Shown here: positions 32,208 to 47,282 of the stretch, piece by piece
Numbering within the stretch: the first letter of the stretch is position 1
Layout of the letters: the number at the start of each line of letters is the position of its first letter
NCBI RefSeq assembly: GCF_009914755.1
Contig: NC_060946.1
Direction: 5' to 3' (one strand)
From: the human T2T-CHM13v2.0 reference genome, Homo sapiens
DNA length: 64,000 nt
Position numbers and translations under genes: made by a program
Notes under the pieces: model-generated
Told to the model about the DNA's origin: nothing
Databases searched by the model: none
The model's input: the letters and a program-made list of their open reading frames with translations, nothing else

Positions 32208-34449
32208 TCACAAATTCTTTGATAACAGCTGAAAAGACAGGTAAATGAATACACAGAATAGAAAATCCAGAAACACCCAAATATCTAAGAATTTAGAACT
32301 TTATACTAGTAGGGAAAGAATTAGTTTCATAAGCGAAATGCCTGCTTTTTGGAGAAAACTAGATTTTTATACCACAAAGTAAATTTCTGACGGAATATAG
32401 ATTAAATTTTTTAATATACAAAATGATAAAAGCACCAGAAGAAAACATAAATGCCTATTTACACAGGTACATTTTTATGTTGACAACACCTCTCTAAGAA
32501 GCTCAGAAGCAAGCAGTCTGAAGGATAATTAAGCAAAACAAAATTAAATTAACCTATAATGAGAAAAAATAAAAGGCAGCATACTTGTAAAATGTTTACT
32601 ACACATGTATGTGTTTCTGTGTATACATATTAGATTTAAAAATCGTCATTTTATAGATAATTCACTTAAATCAACAAAAAATCCTCTAATTTAAAATTGA
32701 GCAATTTAAATTAGAGATCTAAATTGCAGATCTAAAAATAGTACTTTGCTTCTAATTTAAAATTGGGCAAAGTATTTTCTTAAGATCTGTAAGTGACCTA
32801 TGCACACAGAAAACAATATTTAGTGTTCCTGGTTAGAGAAGGTATTTAAATTAAAAGAGGAATCAAATACTGTTTTCTATCTACAAAGTTTGTGAGGATG
32901 AAGAGCAGTGATATTTATACTGCTGTTTAAAGTTTAAGTTGCAGATAACTTTTCAAATAGACAATTTGGTGGTAAGTACCATATTATTAAGAAGAATCCA
33001 TATAATGGCTTTTATAAATACATTTCAGTGAATTTACAGCATGGGATAATATGTGACCACTGAAGGTAGAAATATGTAGAGAAGTAGGTGACATTTGAAA
33101 GTGTATTTTGGTGTATCAAGTGAGGGTAAAGTTCAGTTTGATTATACATACACACAGACTACAGTCTTGTGTTATCTGAAATTGTGTATGAAATACGATA
33201 AAATTTGTTATTTGAGGGCATTTGTTTTAATTTAAATGTTTTTCCTTTTTATCATCTTTGATTTCCTCATTGAGCATGTACAATGCTATTAGAAAAAGTT
33301 TATTATTAATGGAATAATTTTTAGGAAGAGCAGGAATATAATTTTGCACCAATAAAAATAATTTCTCTCTTCCCATATTTTAGTTATTATTTTTTGTGGA
33401 TTAGTATATTATGTGAACTTTTAGCATCTTCAAAAGACAATCTTTTTACCTGTGCTTGTTGATTTACATATACATCTTATTAGGCACATATTTTTATTAT
33501 ATATAGATTTATTACATATATGTCAATAATTATAGATTAATTAGTGTAGTTTTATTATTAAGAAAATAAAATAGAAAATATAAGTGATTTATAGCAGTTT
33601 TTTTAAGGTATTGAACTTCTCAACTGTATTTATCCTTTTAATCAATTTATCACATGTAAGCTGAATGCCTATTATGTAGAAGATACATTAACTCTCAAGA
33701 TCCTTTCATCCTTAAAAATTTCACATTTACCTGCTCGGCCTTAGCAAAGTGAGAGGTTTAAAGTTGGAGTATTAGGACTGAATCTCAATTGAAGCTTTTC
33801 CTCTCATCTTTAAAACAAAAACTCTTCTGAAGTGAGAAACTAGTAAAAGATAACTACCAACCACGATTTTGGAAATTTATAACAGCTTTAAATAGTAATA
33901 TTAATCATTAGAAATACCTAATTTACATGCAGTCTATAAATTTAAATATGAATTTACATACATTCTGTAAATCTAAATATGGAATAAAATGAGCCATACC
34001 TACTTGAATCCCAAGTTTTCTTTGGCTTGAAGTTTTAAAAATATTAAAGAAGTACTTTGTTATAACAGTTTGTTTTTATTTCAACTCTCCTTTTGTGTAG
34101 CACTCTTAAAAGCTAAAATTTCTTTAAGTGTTAATCCTATGATTAGGACTGCCATCATCCTGTTGTATATACCGTATTCCACTTCATGGAAGGCATCATG
34201 AGTTGTGTGATGCCTCCTTATTTATGTACCAATAAAAGATTGTTTAAATTTCTGCAAAATATACTTGTAATAAATAATGACTTATAAGTGGCATTTCAAT
34301 GTCAGAGATGTTAAAATATGAGAAATAGAGTATCTTAGAATTATTAAAATACAGTTTTATCTCTAACCTTTAAAACATACCACAAAGTAGGCATAACTGT
34401 ACCATTTAACTTAAAATGTTTTCTTTGTTAAGTAGTAGAAATAATTACA

Positions 34450-34680
34450 ATATCTAACAATTACTGAGCTGTTACATGTGCTAGGAATTCTTTGAAATAT
34501 ATTGCACAGATTCTCATGAGGCATCACAGTGATGTCCTGTGAGAAAACTGCTGTATTCATCTTCACTTTATTGATGAGAAACTTGAGGCACAGAAAGGTT
34601 AGGTGATAGCTAGAAGGTGAAAGACTTTAAAGTAATATTCAAGCCCAAGTGAACTGAATCCAAAGGCCAAGCTCTTTCTA
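34450..34680 (-). mobile_element. MIR SINE
   Basis: TTTATTGATGAGAAACTTGAGGCACAGAAAGGTTAGGTGA is the reverse MIR core. Confidence 0.7.
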
Positions 34681-34832
34681 TTCAAATAGGCCACTCTTTC
34701 ACTAATGTAGTGAGTAATAAGAGTGAATGAATGTTGTTCTTTCTTCAGGAGAATATTAAATATTTGTTTTGAAGGCAGAGAAAGAGCATGGTATTTAATG
34801 TTGACAATTACATAAATCATTATATGCTTTGA

Positions 34833-35033
<201 letters not shown>

Positions 35034-35150
35034 TAAATACATAGAATAAAAATGAATGTATCTCATTGAAATATAGCTAGTTTGTGAAACCTGTGGAATA
35101 TTTATTTATATTTCCTATAATTTATAATTTACTTCTTGCTTTAATACTGA

Positions 35151-35328
<178 letters not shown>

Positions 35329-36339
35329 GTAGACGTTAACCAATGTTATTTTCAAAATATTTGAAATCCATTTGTTTTAACATTAACATATGTAAATTGT
35401 TTTATATTTGGAAGCTCAAACATTCTTATTTTCCTATGAAAATAGTTTGACCAAACTTAATTGTCTAGGATTTTGCTTTAAATATTAATATTTTTACAAG
35501 AACTATTAGTATGGTTTTTCTGTGCATTATGATAAATATTTGAGTTTGTTAAAGGTAAAATTTTTCAAATATTCTTTCCCACCCAAGTTTTTTTTTTTCT
35601 TTCCAATTAGTATAAAACTACAGGAAAGTAAAATTTAGGAGACATGAAGAAATCTGGATTTCCTCTTAAAGGATTGAATCTGGTGTTTCTTGAGCCCATA
35701 TGACTGTTTGGTATGCTATGAAGACATTCTAGCTTTACATAAAACATATGTTTCCAGTTTGCTACTGTGCCCACCTAGTTACATCACTTATTCAACTTAC
35801 CTCTTTTGCCTCTGTAAATATTTCAGTTATCAATTCTTCTCTTGTAGTATATTTTGGTAAAGATTTCAAGTTATTGAAGACAGTTTATAGGTGTTTATAA
35901 TATATAGTTTATATTTTACATTAATTCATTAATAATGGGGTTGTCTTCTAGAATTTAGAATATTTTTTAAATGATGATTTTTCTTCATATAAACCATAAA
36001 TAATCATCTTCTATTAGAAGGCCTTTAAGCCTTTTTAGATTAATCATGTTTATATTTGAATGGGTTATGCAAATTGCAGAAAATATTATATCTTTCTCCA
36101 CAGACTTGTCCCTTAAAATTCAAGTGATTTAGCGACTTCTATTTTGCTAATCCATATACGTGAGTTAGAACTTTCATTAATAAGCCATTTTATTCATACT
36201 TCTGATATTTTGCCAAAAAATAGTATCAATTACAATAGAAACCAGAATAAAAATGGATTATTGCATTTTAAGAAGTGGATATGCATTAGGATCCTAGGAG
36301 TATCATTATAATTGAGAATAAACTTTTATACTGAATTGC

Positions 36340-36649
36340 CTTTCTTTTTTTCTTTTTTTTTTTTTTTTTGAGACGGAGCCTCGCTCTGTCACCAGGCTGG
36401 AGTGCAGTGGTGTGATCTTGGCTTACTGAAACCTCTGCCTCCCTGGTTCAAGCGATTGTCCTGCCTCAGCCTCCTGAGTAGCTGGGACGCAGGCATGTGC
36501 CACCATGCCCAGCTAAATTTTTTGTATTTTTAGCAGAGATGGGGTTTCACCATGTTGACCAGGATGGTCTCGATCTCCTGACCTTTTGATCTGCCCACCT
36601 TGGCCTCCCAAAGTGCTGGGATTACAGGCATGAACCACCTTGCCTGGCC
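36340..36649 (-). mobile_element. AluSc-like
   Basis: Reverse dimer; flanking repeat CTTTTATACTGAATT. Confidence 0.9.
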
Positions 36650-37498
36650 TTTTATACTGAATTTCTAATAACTGAGATAAAATCCTATTGTCTGGTAATA
36701 GGATAAACCTCATGGATGATTTAATAATAAGCAATCAAAGTTTATTTGAAGCCAATCTCTTTTAATTTAGAGCCACTTCCTTAGTGACCCATTTAGAGCA
36801 GGAGTGCCTGACATTGGCATCTGGAATCTTGGGATTATTGATAGAAGAGAATCAAGTAAGTTTGTATCACCCAGAGGAAACCTCCCTTTTTGGGGGGAAG
36901 CTTTCAAAACTGCATCCCTAAAATTCTAATTTGTCAAATGTTAATGTTTGCCACAAAAATATACTGTCAAATAAGGATTAGGTAAAGTTCAATTCATTTA
37001 TTGAATAATGAACATTTAATTCACAGTTTTATAACTTTTCTTGAACATAGATAATGGTGGAATCTGTTGGGGTACAGTGCTTCTGGTAAGGTAATTATTC
37101 TTTGGAATATAGTTGAAGAAACATTGTTCCAGAGGTAATAATTTAGATTACTAATTTAATAAAAAACAAAGTATTTACTACTATGTCTTAGGGTTTAAGG
37201 ATATAGAGGTAAAAGATACAGCCCTTGCCCTCAAGAAGCTCTTGGTTTAAATGGGAAACAATAAAATCATTACAATATAATGATTTTTGGAGATAACCAG
37301 AGTTAATGTGGTGACGCAGAGGCTGAATGTTTACAAGAGAAGGTGCAGTGCATGGGAAAGCACAGAAAAGTGAGAAAGAAGGGATTGCTATTGATTTACT
37401 TTCTATTGTTTATGTTCATAAGATATTATATAAGGTATTCAGTTCAGCTGAGAAATATGTAATTTCATGAATTATAAATTGTTTTTGCTGTTTTACAG

Positions 37499-37605
37499 AC
37501 TGGCCACACACCGCTTTTACTGGTCATGAGGAAAAGAAGTGAGCAAATTGTGGAATTTTTACTGACAAAAAATGCAAATGCAAATGCAGTTGATAAGTTT
37601 AAATG
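37499..37605 (+). pseudogene. Exon 4 (TGHTPLLLVMRKRSEQIVEFLLTKNANANAVDKFK)
   Basis: CAG| acceptor, TG|GTATAG donor; 107 nt, open. Confidence 0.92.
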
Positions 37606-37994
37606 GTATAGTAGTTTTTTTATTAAAAAACACTTGAGTAGTGTGCTAGAGTAATAACAATCAAGTCAGAAATATTAAATTAATAATATTTACTTAAAAT
37701 TATTAGATTATACAGAAAAATACCAACACAAATTATCAGTTAGGAAGAAAAGCAATTATTTGGACTGGTCAACATAAAGAACAGTATATAATAGGATTTT
37801 CTTCTTTTATTGTATTGACTGATTCTCATTTGTAATCTGATGTTTTTGGTTGCATTATCTTCTATTAGCTAAAGTGGTTCTGTATTAGTTTTAAGAATTT
37901 TTAGTTTACTTTATAATTCAATATTGAATGATTAACACCTTTATAGTATTTTTCTAACTTCTGTTTTTCATGTGCTTTTAAAAAATGCAATATT

Positions 37995-38172
37995 TGCTGG
38001 GCATGGTAGCTGTCATCTGTTATCCCAGCACTTTGGGAGGCCAAGTGGGTAGATCAGCTGATGCCAGGAGTTTGAGACCAGCCTAGCCAACATGGTAAAA
38101 CCCCATCTCTATGAAAAATATAAATATTAGCCAAGCATGGTGGCACATGCCTATAGTCCCAGCTACTCAGGA
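37995..38172 (+). mobile_element. 3'-truncated Alu
   Basis: Left arm, linker and start of right arm. Confidence 0.85.
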
Positions 38173-38565
38173 CAATATTATTCCTAATATTGTTTTAAGT
38201 CTTCAGATTGCTCTCACTTGTCCGACTTCTAGCTAATTTTGAAGTACAAAATATTATATAAAACTAAGGAGAAAATAGATAATTCTTCACTTAAAACTTT
38301 GCCTCTTTTAGATTAGTGAACAGAACATATTTTCTTGCCCCTCAGTGGACTTTATGTTAGCCAATTCTACTATGGCATATCCCAGTGAGACATGAGTCTT
38401 TTTGCCCCTTCCTTTTAGCCTTGGTCGTGATTTACAAGGATAAACACTTGAGCACTCAAGATACTTAACGTTTGTTAATACATGTAAATGGTTAATTCTA
38501 CACTGACAGGCACATATTAAATTGGTTCTGTTCCTAATAATGAAGTTATCTCTTTGTTATTTTAG

Positions 38566-38703
38566 CACAGCCCTCATGCTTGCCATGTGTCATGGATCAT
38601 CAGAGATAGTTGGCATGGTTCTTCAGGAAAATGTTGACATCTGTGCTGAAGATACGTGTGGAATGATTGCAGAACGTTATGCTGTTGCTTGTGGATTTAA
38701 TCC
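38566..38703 (+). pseudogene. Exon 5 (TALMLAMCHGSSEIVGMVLQENVD...CGFN)
   Basis: TAG| acceptor, CC|GTAAGT donor; 138 nt, phase 2-2, open. Confidence 0.92.
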
Positions 38704-39915
38704 GTAAGTGTTTACATTTAAAGGCTAGGTGAGATTTTATAGTTTGTTTCAGGTAGTTTATGAATGACACTGAGTTAGTTCACTTCATCAGCCAGAAACC
38801 AGGCAAAAAGCTAGACTATTTAGAAGGAGTAATGGCTCCAGGATTCTTTATTTTAGGGCTTTAGGGACGCTAATGTTGTCTACTTGATTTGAAGTATGAC
38901 CCCTATGCATGGGATAAACATAATGTCACGATTTTAGCTTTTCTAATTAGTTATTTGGGTCTCAAAATGTCCACTTTAAGCAGAAAACCTGATAGTGTCC
39001 CCAGGGGGCTGTCTTCCATACCTTCATTCTTGAATTTTTTAAAAGAATCTGACCCTAAGTCCAAGGAAGACATTCCTTCTGTGCAAGTCAGAAGGACTGG
39101 GAGGGGGTGGGGGAATGGCTATTCTCTTCATTTTGTTGTTTCCATTGATTCTGTTGCTGCATCTTTGCCATTGAAACTGCTCCTGCAGTCTGGTAATGAT
39201 TGACCTTTGTGACCAGGATGCCCTTATTAACACAGATCCCTCAGTCTTCATGGTGTAGACTTTGAAGTTACTACATGTTTTTAAAGTTCATGTACATATT
39301 CTCAGCCATTGTTACCAAAGTATCAGCACCCCACTCTGGCAGCTAGAACTTTTAGCTTTAGCCACACAAATAGTGAGCAAATTGACCCTTCTCCTCACAC
39401 TCAAAACCTGATGTGAAACCCACATCTTAACCTGGACATGGCCTAGACCTTCATGGTAACTTATCCTTTGAGTGACTTTTTCTATTTTCTCTACCCAATA
39501 TTAGTTGTGGTAGTTTGAAACTGTAAGTCAGGTTGAAATATTGTTACAGGAAGAAATTAGAGATCCATTTTGTCTTTGTTAACAGATCTATATCCCTGGC
39601 CCTTTATATCCTGTGTAGCACCATTTTGTAGGTAGTGGAAGGTCTCACCTTATTCTGTAAAATCCCATGTCATCTTTCCCAAGTTGTAGTGGGTTCCAAC
39701 TTGTGGTTGTCCCCTCAAGTGATTCTTTTTTCCTAAAAGTAAAAATCTCCCATGCTACTTACATCTCTACCTCGAGTTTTTAAAATATTTTCAAATGCTG
39801 CATCACCATGAAGCCATACAATAGACTTTATTAAATCTCAAGTAAGTTGGTTAGATTTAACAGAGCTAAGCCTCATCCATCACTGATCAGTCTTCACATA
39901 TAAAAGTAAGGATTT

Positions 39916-40022
39916 GTGCTGGCTTCAGTGGTACATATAGTAAAATTGAAACAACGTTGAGAAGATCAGCATGGTCCCCACACAAGGATGACATAGAATC
40001 TGTAAAGTGTTGCATATTTCTT
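39916..40022 (+). pseudogene. RNU6: Full-length diverged U6 snRNA pseudogene
   Basis: GTGCTGGCTTCAGTGGTACATATAGTAAAATTG...GAGAAGATCAGCATGGTCCCC...CAAGGATGACA...CATATTT aligns end to end with U6; ACAGAGA box mutated. Confidence 0.9.
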
Positions 40023-40414
40023 GCAGTCCCCAAAAGGACATTTTACTACTTTCTAACTAGCTCCAAGGAAATGGTGTGAGTCAAAGCAAAATGGGTGAAG
40101 CTCAGTATTGCAATTGTGATTTTCATACAAAAAATTATTTACGTAAGGTGATCTATGAAATGAGATGTGGTAACACATAGGATCTTGTGTGCAATATTTT
40201 GTTAGTAGGGATCTCAGAAATAAGAAAATACCAACTTGCATCTTCTTTGTGGAACTTACAGAAAATAAAGGTAGGGTTTTGTCTTCCACAGCAGCTGGAA
40301 ATGAACATAGTGACTAAGCATCATTCTAACAAAGATTTGTTGGTTCAGAGTTTAAGGAGGTAGATAAAGAGTAGCAGTAGTCCAAGCCAGATGCTGACAT
40401 CTATTATTTTCTGC

Positions 40415-42097
40415 CCTTGGTGTGACTGAGGAGCTCAGTAATAGAGTATAATTAGGTCATCTGATTTAATGATTTAATATATTTATAAATAAATTTCATT
40501 ACAAAATATAAAATAGCTTAGATGCTCTGAATTACAAGCCACAAAGAACAGAAAATCTAATATCCAAAAGTAGGAATTAATAACAGAAAATTGCAATATT
40601 TGAATATTATAACCTATGAAGAAACACATTTGTGTTTTTTTCTTTGTAATTTAATTTTTGTAAAGACGTGGTCTCCCTATGTTGTCCACGCTGGTCTTGA
40701 ACTTCTGGACTCAAGCAATCCTCCTGTCTCAGCATCCCAAAGTGCTTGCATCACAAGCATGAGCCACTGCACCAGGCCAATATATTGGGTTTTATTGGGA
40801 ATTTTAAAATAGTTTCAGCAATAAGGTTGAAGAACAAATTATTTTTTTGCTTCACTTTTTATTTTAAGCATTTTAAAAATGTTATCTTGTTAAATCTTTA
40901 TAATAACATAGTGAAATAAGGCCCTAAAATCCTCATTGTTAGAAGACATTGAGTCTAAGGAAGCAACTTGTTCAAGAAAAAATACCTGTTGGTAGCCATG
41001 CTAGGATTTATTCTGAGTTAAGGACATTTTCCATATGTCAAGCTACCTCTAGTTAATTTGCTGAGTTATACTGCCCTCACTTCATGAGTGTTTTATCTTA
41101 CTTTCTTCTTTAATTAGAAGCTTAATAAGTTCATAGAGCTTACAAACTTAAAGTCTATGGAAAAAGTAATGTTCTGATGTTAGCTCTAATATTGTCTGAA
41201 ATACTCTAAGAACTTAACAAATTTGGTAAATGTTTTTTATATCAATGTTAAAATAGTAATTTTATTTATTTCATTTTTATACATAGCATTGATCAACAAC
41301 TTTTGGAATATAAACAAAAGATATCTAAAAATTCTCAAAATAGCAATCCAGGTAAGACCTCTGATAGTAAACTACACTTGGTGGTGCTACCATGAGATTA
41401 TAGGAGTGTTGATCACAAAAGAGCTATTAAAAAAGCAACGTGTAAGTAGCATGTGTTTACATATATACCTATACGTAAGTGTTTTTATATATACAGAGCT
41501 TTGATTTAATTTTTTAGTTTATAATTCAGAATTCATTAAGAATTTAGTTGTAGGTGGTTTATAATCTCAAAAATATTATCTGAAAAAATATTTGTTTAAT
41601 TGTGGTCCCTAATATCCTATATAATACTTTTGTATAAATAAGTAAAACAATTTTTAAGTTTATATATTGTATGTTTCCTTAACTGTCATAACAATTTATG
41701 CTTGTTATAAAATGTATAATCCTTGGTGTGATTGATGAGTTCAGTAATAGGGGTTTATCAGCTTATCCAATTTAATGAACTAATATATTTATAAATAAAC
41801 TTCATTACAAATTATAAACTAGCTTAGATGCCTTGAATTACAAGCCACAAATAACAGTACATCTAATAATGAAAAGTAGGAATTAATAAGAGAAAACTGC
41901 AACATTTGAATATTATAACCTATAAAGGAACACAGTTAAACTGTTAAATAAACAAGTATTTATGTTTGTTTATTAAACATAAACAAACATATAAAGTGTT
42001 TATTTGTTAAATAAAAAAATAAATTATTTGTTTGTTTCTTTATTGTAGAGACATGGTCTCCTTATGTTGCCCAGGCTGGTCTTGAACTTCTGGGCTT
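40415..42097 (+). repeat. Direct duplication flanking exon 6 (40415-40712 and 41721-42097), each copy ending in a reverse FLAM/Alu fragment
   Basis: Shared CCTTGGTGTGA...TAGCTTAGATGC...GAATTACAAGCCACAAA...AAAAGTAGGAATTAATAA...TTTGAATATTATAACCTAT. Confidence 0.88.
41287..41351 (+). pseudogene. Exon 6 (IDQQLLEYKQKISKNSQNSNP)
   Basis: TAG| acceptor, CAG|GTAAGA donor; 65 nt, open. Confidence 0.9.
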
Positions 42098-42148
42098 TAT
42101 GTAATTTTTACAATAAATGATTTGCATTTAGAAAATTAGAATTAATTA

Positions 42149-42589
42149 CAGTTGAGTCTTGAGCAACATGAGAGTTAGGGTGCTGATCCCCCCATGCAGC
42201 TGAAAATCTGCTTTATATGAAAATCTGTTTCTTTTGACTCCTCCAAAACTCTACTAATTCTTGACCTGGAGCCTGAAAAAAGGTGAAAGCATAAGCAGTC
42301 AATTAACCCATAGTTTCTATTTTATATGTACTATATATTGTATTCTTAGAATAAAGTGAGTTGGAGAAAAGAAACTGTTATAAAGAGGAAGAAATATATT
42401 CACTATTTATTAGATGGAAGTGAATTGTTATACATAAAGGACTTCATTCTCATTGCCTTCATATTGAGTAGGCTGATAAGGCGGAGGCAGAGGAGAGATT
42501 TGTCTTGGTATCTTGCAGTGGCAAAGGAAAAGAAAAATCTGTCTATTAGTGGGCTCCTAGAGTGAAAACCCTTATTCAAAGATCAACTG
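42149..42589. mobile_element. Tigger2a (MER28)-type DNA transposon
   Basis: Inverted ends CAGTTGA...TCAACTG; internal TGTATTCTTAGAATAAAG and TTGAGTAGGCTGA motifs. Confidence 0.8.
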
Positions 42590-43333
42590 TGTGGCATAGT
42601 GACTTGTGTCACTAAATATCTTTAGAATTTGGAACTCAATAATACTTTTCTTGCACCATAAATGAATGTCAATAAGAATTAACATAACTTAGCGAGGGTG
42701 CATCAGTACCAATAGGAGATTATTTTTCAAAGATACCTAATGAGTGCAGAAGTCAGAAAAGCAATTATTTGTTCAGAAGCACAGGTTATGTTACATAGTC
42801 TTGTACCAACAATTTCTCACTATTACCAACTTCATTCCCTCTAAGTTGAAACCAAATAAGATATATTTACTTCATTAGAACAAGATGTGTTGTTCTATCT
42901 GCTGGATAATTAGTGTGTTAATAGTAATTTTGTTACAACAAGTTACTCTCGTCCTACTAGCCAAAATATTATCATTATAAATATTCAACTAGCTCAACTC
43001 TAGGCTCAACAAATAATAATAAAAGTGGAAAAAATTTTCACAATAACAAAAGTGCTACTGTGATACCTAAATGTGACACAATACATTGTACAATATGAAC
43101 TATATGAACACATCTTTAATTTATTACATATTTATCAAAGGACTTCTATAAGTTAGATTTTGCAAGTTGCAGGAGACCAAGATGGAATACACATAGTCTG
43201 GGTCTTTAAGGTGCTCATAATACATTAGAGCTGTCTCTATTGAATTTCTGCATTTTTCCAACAGAACTTCCTAACTATGTTTTTTATTTGTTTATCCACT
43301 TGTCCACTTAACAAATAACTGTCAGGTATCTTT

Positions 43334-43452
43334 AAGGTACTAAGCATCTTTCTTGTTATTATCATTGTCATTTTTTATTATTTACTACTTTATTAAGGTA
43401 CTAAGAATTTTTCTTGTTATTATCGACTTTTTTTATTATTTACTACTTTATT
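43334..43452 (+). repeat. ~60-bp tandem duplication
   Basis: AAGGTACTAAG...TTCTTGTTATTATC...TTATTATTTACTACTTTATT twice. Confidence 0.85.
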
Positions 43453-43583
43453 TAGTGCTTACTCTGTGCCAGAACCCCTTCGGGAGCTTACAATTATCAC
43501 TTATTATGTCATTACCATATTCAGTATGTGTCAGACATTTTATATCCAAAGTGAAGAATTAAAGCTTTAAAAAGTTTGGTAGT

Positions 43584-43896
43584 GTCCAGGAGCGGTGGCT
43601 CACTCCTGTAATCCTAGCACTTTGGAAGGCCAAGGTGGGTGGATTGCTTGAGCTCAGGAGTTTGGGACCACCCTGACTAACATGGTGAAATCCCATCTCT
43701 ACTAAATACAAAAAATTAGCTGGGCCTGGGTGGCATGCATATGTAATCCCAGCTACATGGGAGGCTGAGGTAGAGAATTTCATGAACCCAGGAGGCGGAG
43801 GTTGCAGTGATCTGCTGAGATCGTGCCACTGCACTCTAGCCTGGGTGACAGAGCGAGGCTGTTGTCTCAAAAAAAAAAAAAAAAAAAGGAGAAAAC
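43584..43896 (+). mobile_element. Alu (AluS)
   Basis: Full dimer; flanking repeat AAAAGTTTGGTAGT. Confidence 0.9.
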
Positions 43897-44012
43897 AAAA
43901 GTTTGGTAGTATTTAAGGAAAGCAAGCTGAATGAGTAGAAGTTTTCCATGTAAAGAGTCAGAAGGATGATATTTAGCAGAAGGAAAATTTAACCTGACTG
44001 TGTGTTTGGCAG

Positions 44013-44107
44013 AAGGAACATGTGAAGGAACACCTGATGAGGCTGCACCCTTGGCGGAAAGAACACCTGACATGGCTGAAAGCTTGGTGGAAAGAACACC
44101 TGATGAA
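44013..44107 (+). pseudogene. Exon 7, 5' part (EGTCEGTPDEAAPLAERTPDMAESLVERTPDE), cut by provirus
   Basis: CAG| acceptor; 33-bp/11-aa repeat; frame continues into the LTR to TGA at 44195-97. Confidence 0.92.
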
Positions 44108-44705
44108 CAGCATACAGTGAGTTCCTCTTCAGAGATTTTAGCCTGTAAAAATCCTTTAAAATTCAAGAGGGGGAAGATTAAGTACAACGAGTTCTGAGTT
44201 CCTCATCAAAGAGCAAATATGTCAGTATGTTCAGATTCTCTGTTCTTTGTTCTCCGTTTTAAAGTTTAACTTCCTCGTTCGTTATGCCTCCTTGCCCCTA
44301 GTTTCATTAAACAACCCCCTTCTAGCCTCTAACACCTGTTTTGTCTTTAGTCATTCTTAGTCACCTGCTCTGTCCTTAGTCATCCTTAGACACCTGCTCT
44401 GTAACTGTCTTTCCAGCTGAAACTACTCACCCTGCCACTCCAGCTCATACCCCTGCTCTCTTTGAAGTAGCCCATCTGAATTAGCTAAGAGTGTGCAGTC
44501 CAACCCTATCCAATAGGGAAAAGACACAACAGTAGGGACTAGCTGCGTTAGGAATAAGAACACTTTCCCTTCCCTTGTCCGGTGTGATCTTGCCATTGCT
44601 CCATCTGCAAGACCACTATTTCATAGAAGTAAATTTGCCTTGCTGTAAAAACTTGTTGCTGGAGTGCTGACTGTTCTTTGCGGCACTGAAAATTTATTTT
44701 CCACA
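44108..44705 (+). mobile_element. 5' LTR (LTR10 family)
   Basis: Homologous to 52073-52678; CCAAT box, AATAAG TATA-like box, AGTAAA at ~44628; ends in CA; initial TG is missing. Confidence 0.92.
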
Positions 44706-44709
44706 AATT

Positions 44710-44727
44710 TGGGGGCCCACCCAGCAT
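44710..44727 (+). promoter_or_regulatory. Primer-binding site (tRNA-Pro-like, HERV-IP type)
   Basis: TGGGGGCCCACCCAGCAT just 3' of the LTR, compared with tRNA-Pro PBS TGGGGGCTCGTCCGGGAT. Confidence 0.8.
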
Positions 44728-45343
44728 TCCCATTCTCCTCTGGGGGAGGGTCCAGTCCTCTCCCGTGAGGAGGCGCACCCCGCTGCCTCGTTGCAGTGGC
44801 CATAAAGGTAAGGAATCAAGACTCAACTGGTGCGATTAATAAACCTGGGCTCTCAGCAACGTGGAAAGAAACAGGCCAGCATCTTTGGGGAAAGGATCTT
44901 TACATGCCGTGGCGACCAGGTAACTGTGCACAGACCGAGGTAAGAAATGTCGCAAGGGTGACAAAGTATTTCCTTGGTGGTCGGGATATTCTGGAGGTTG
45001 AAAGTGTGTGTGAATGATCACAAGCACTACTGCTTGTGGTGCTGTTTGTGTTGATGATACTAAGCATTATTGCTGTGAGGAGTGAGTGGGTTCTACCTGC
45101 AGTTTTTTATTTGAATAAAAAACCTTTGAAGAGGAATTCAGTGTATCCTCATAGGGCTCAGGGCAGATCCTGCTGTGGGGTTTATACCATGATGCCAATG
45201 CTAAGAGGGACCTAAAATTCCTGGGAGGGAAGCAACCAGAGTGGATGAAGTGAAAGAAGGGTGCAAGGAGCCTCCAGCAGGTGGCGTTAAAGGATAGGGA
45301 AGAAATCTCTAGCATGTGGGATTGAGCCTAACCAGGACCTAAC

Positions 45344-47282
<1,939 letters not shown>

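Noticed and set aside
39916-40022. Functional U6 snRNA gene
   Set aside because: Many substitutions including the ACAGAGA box; no evident PSE promoter
44710-44727. tRNA gene
   Set aside because: Only an 18-nt primer-binding site; no cloverleaf
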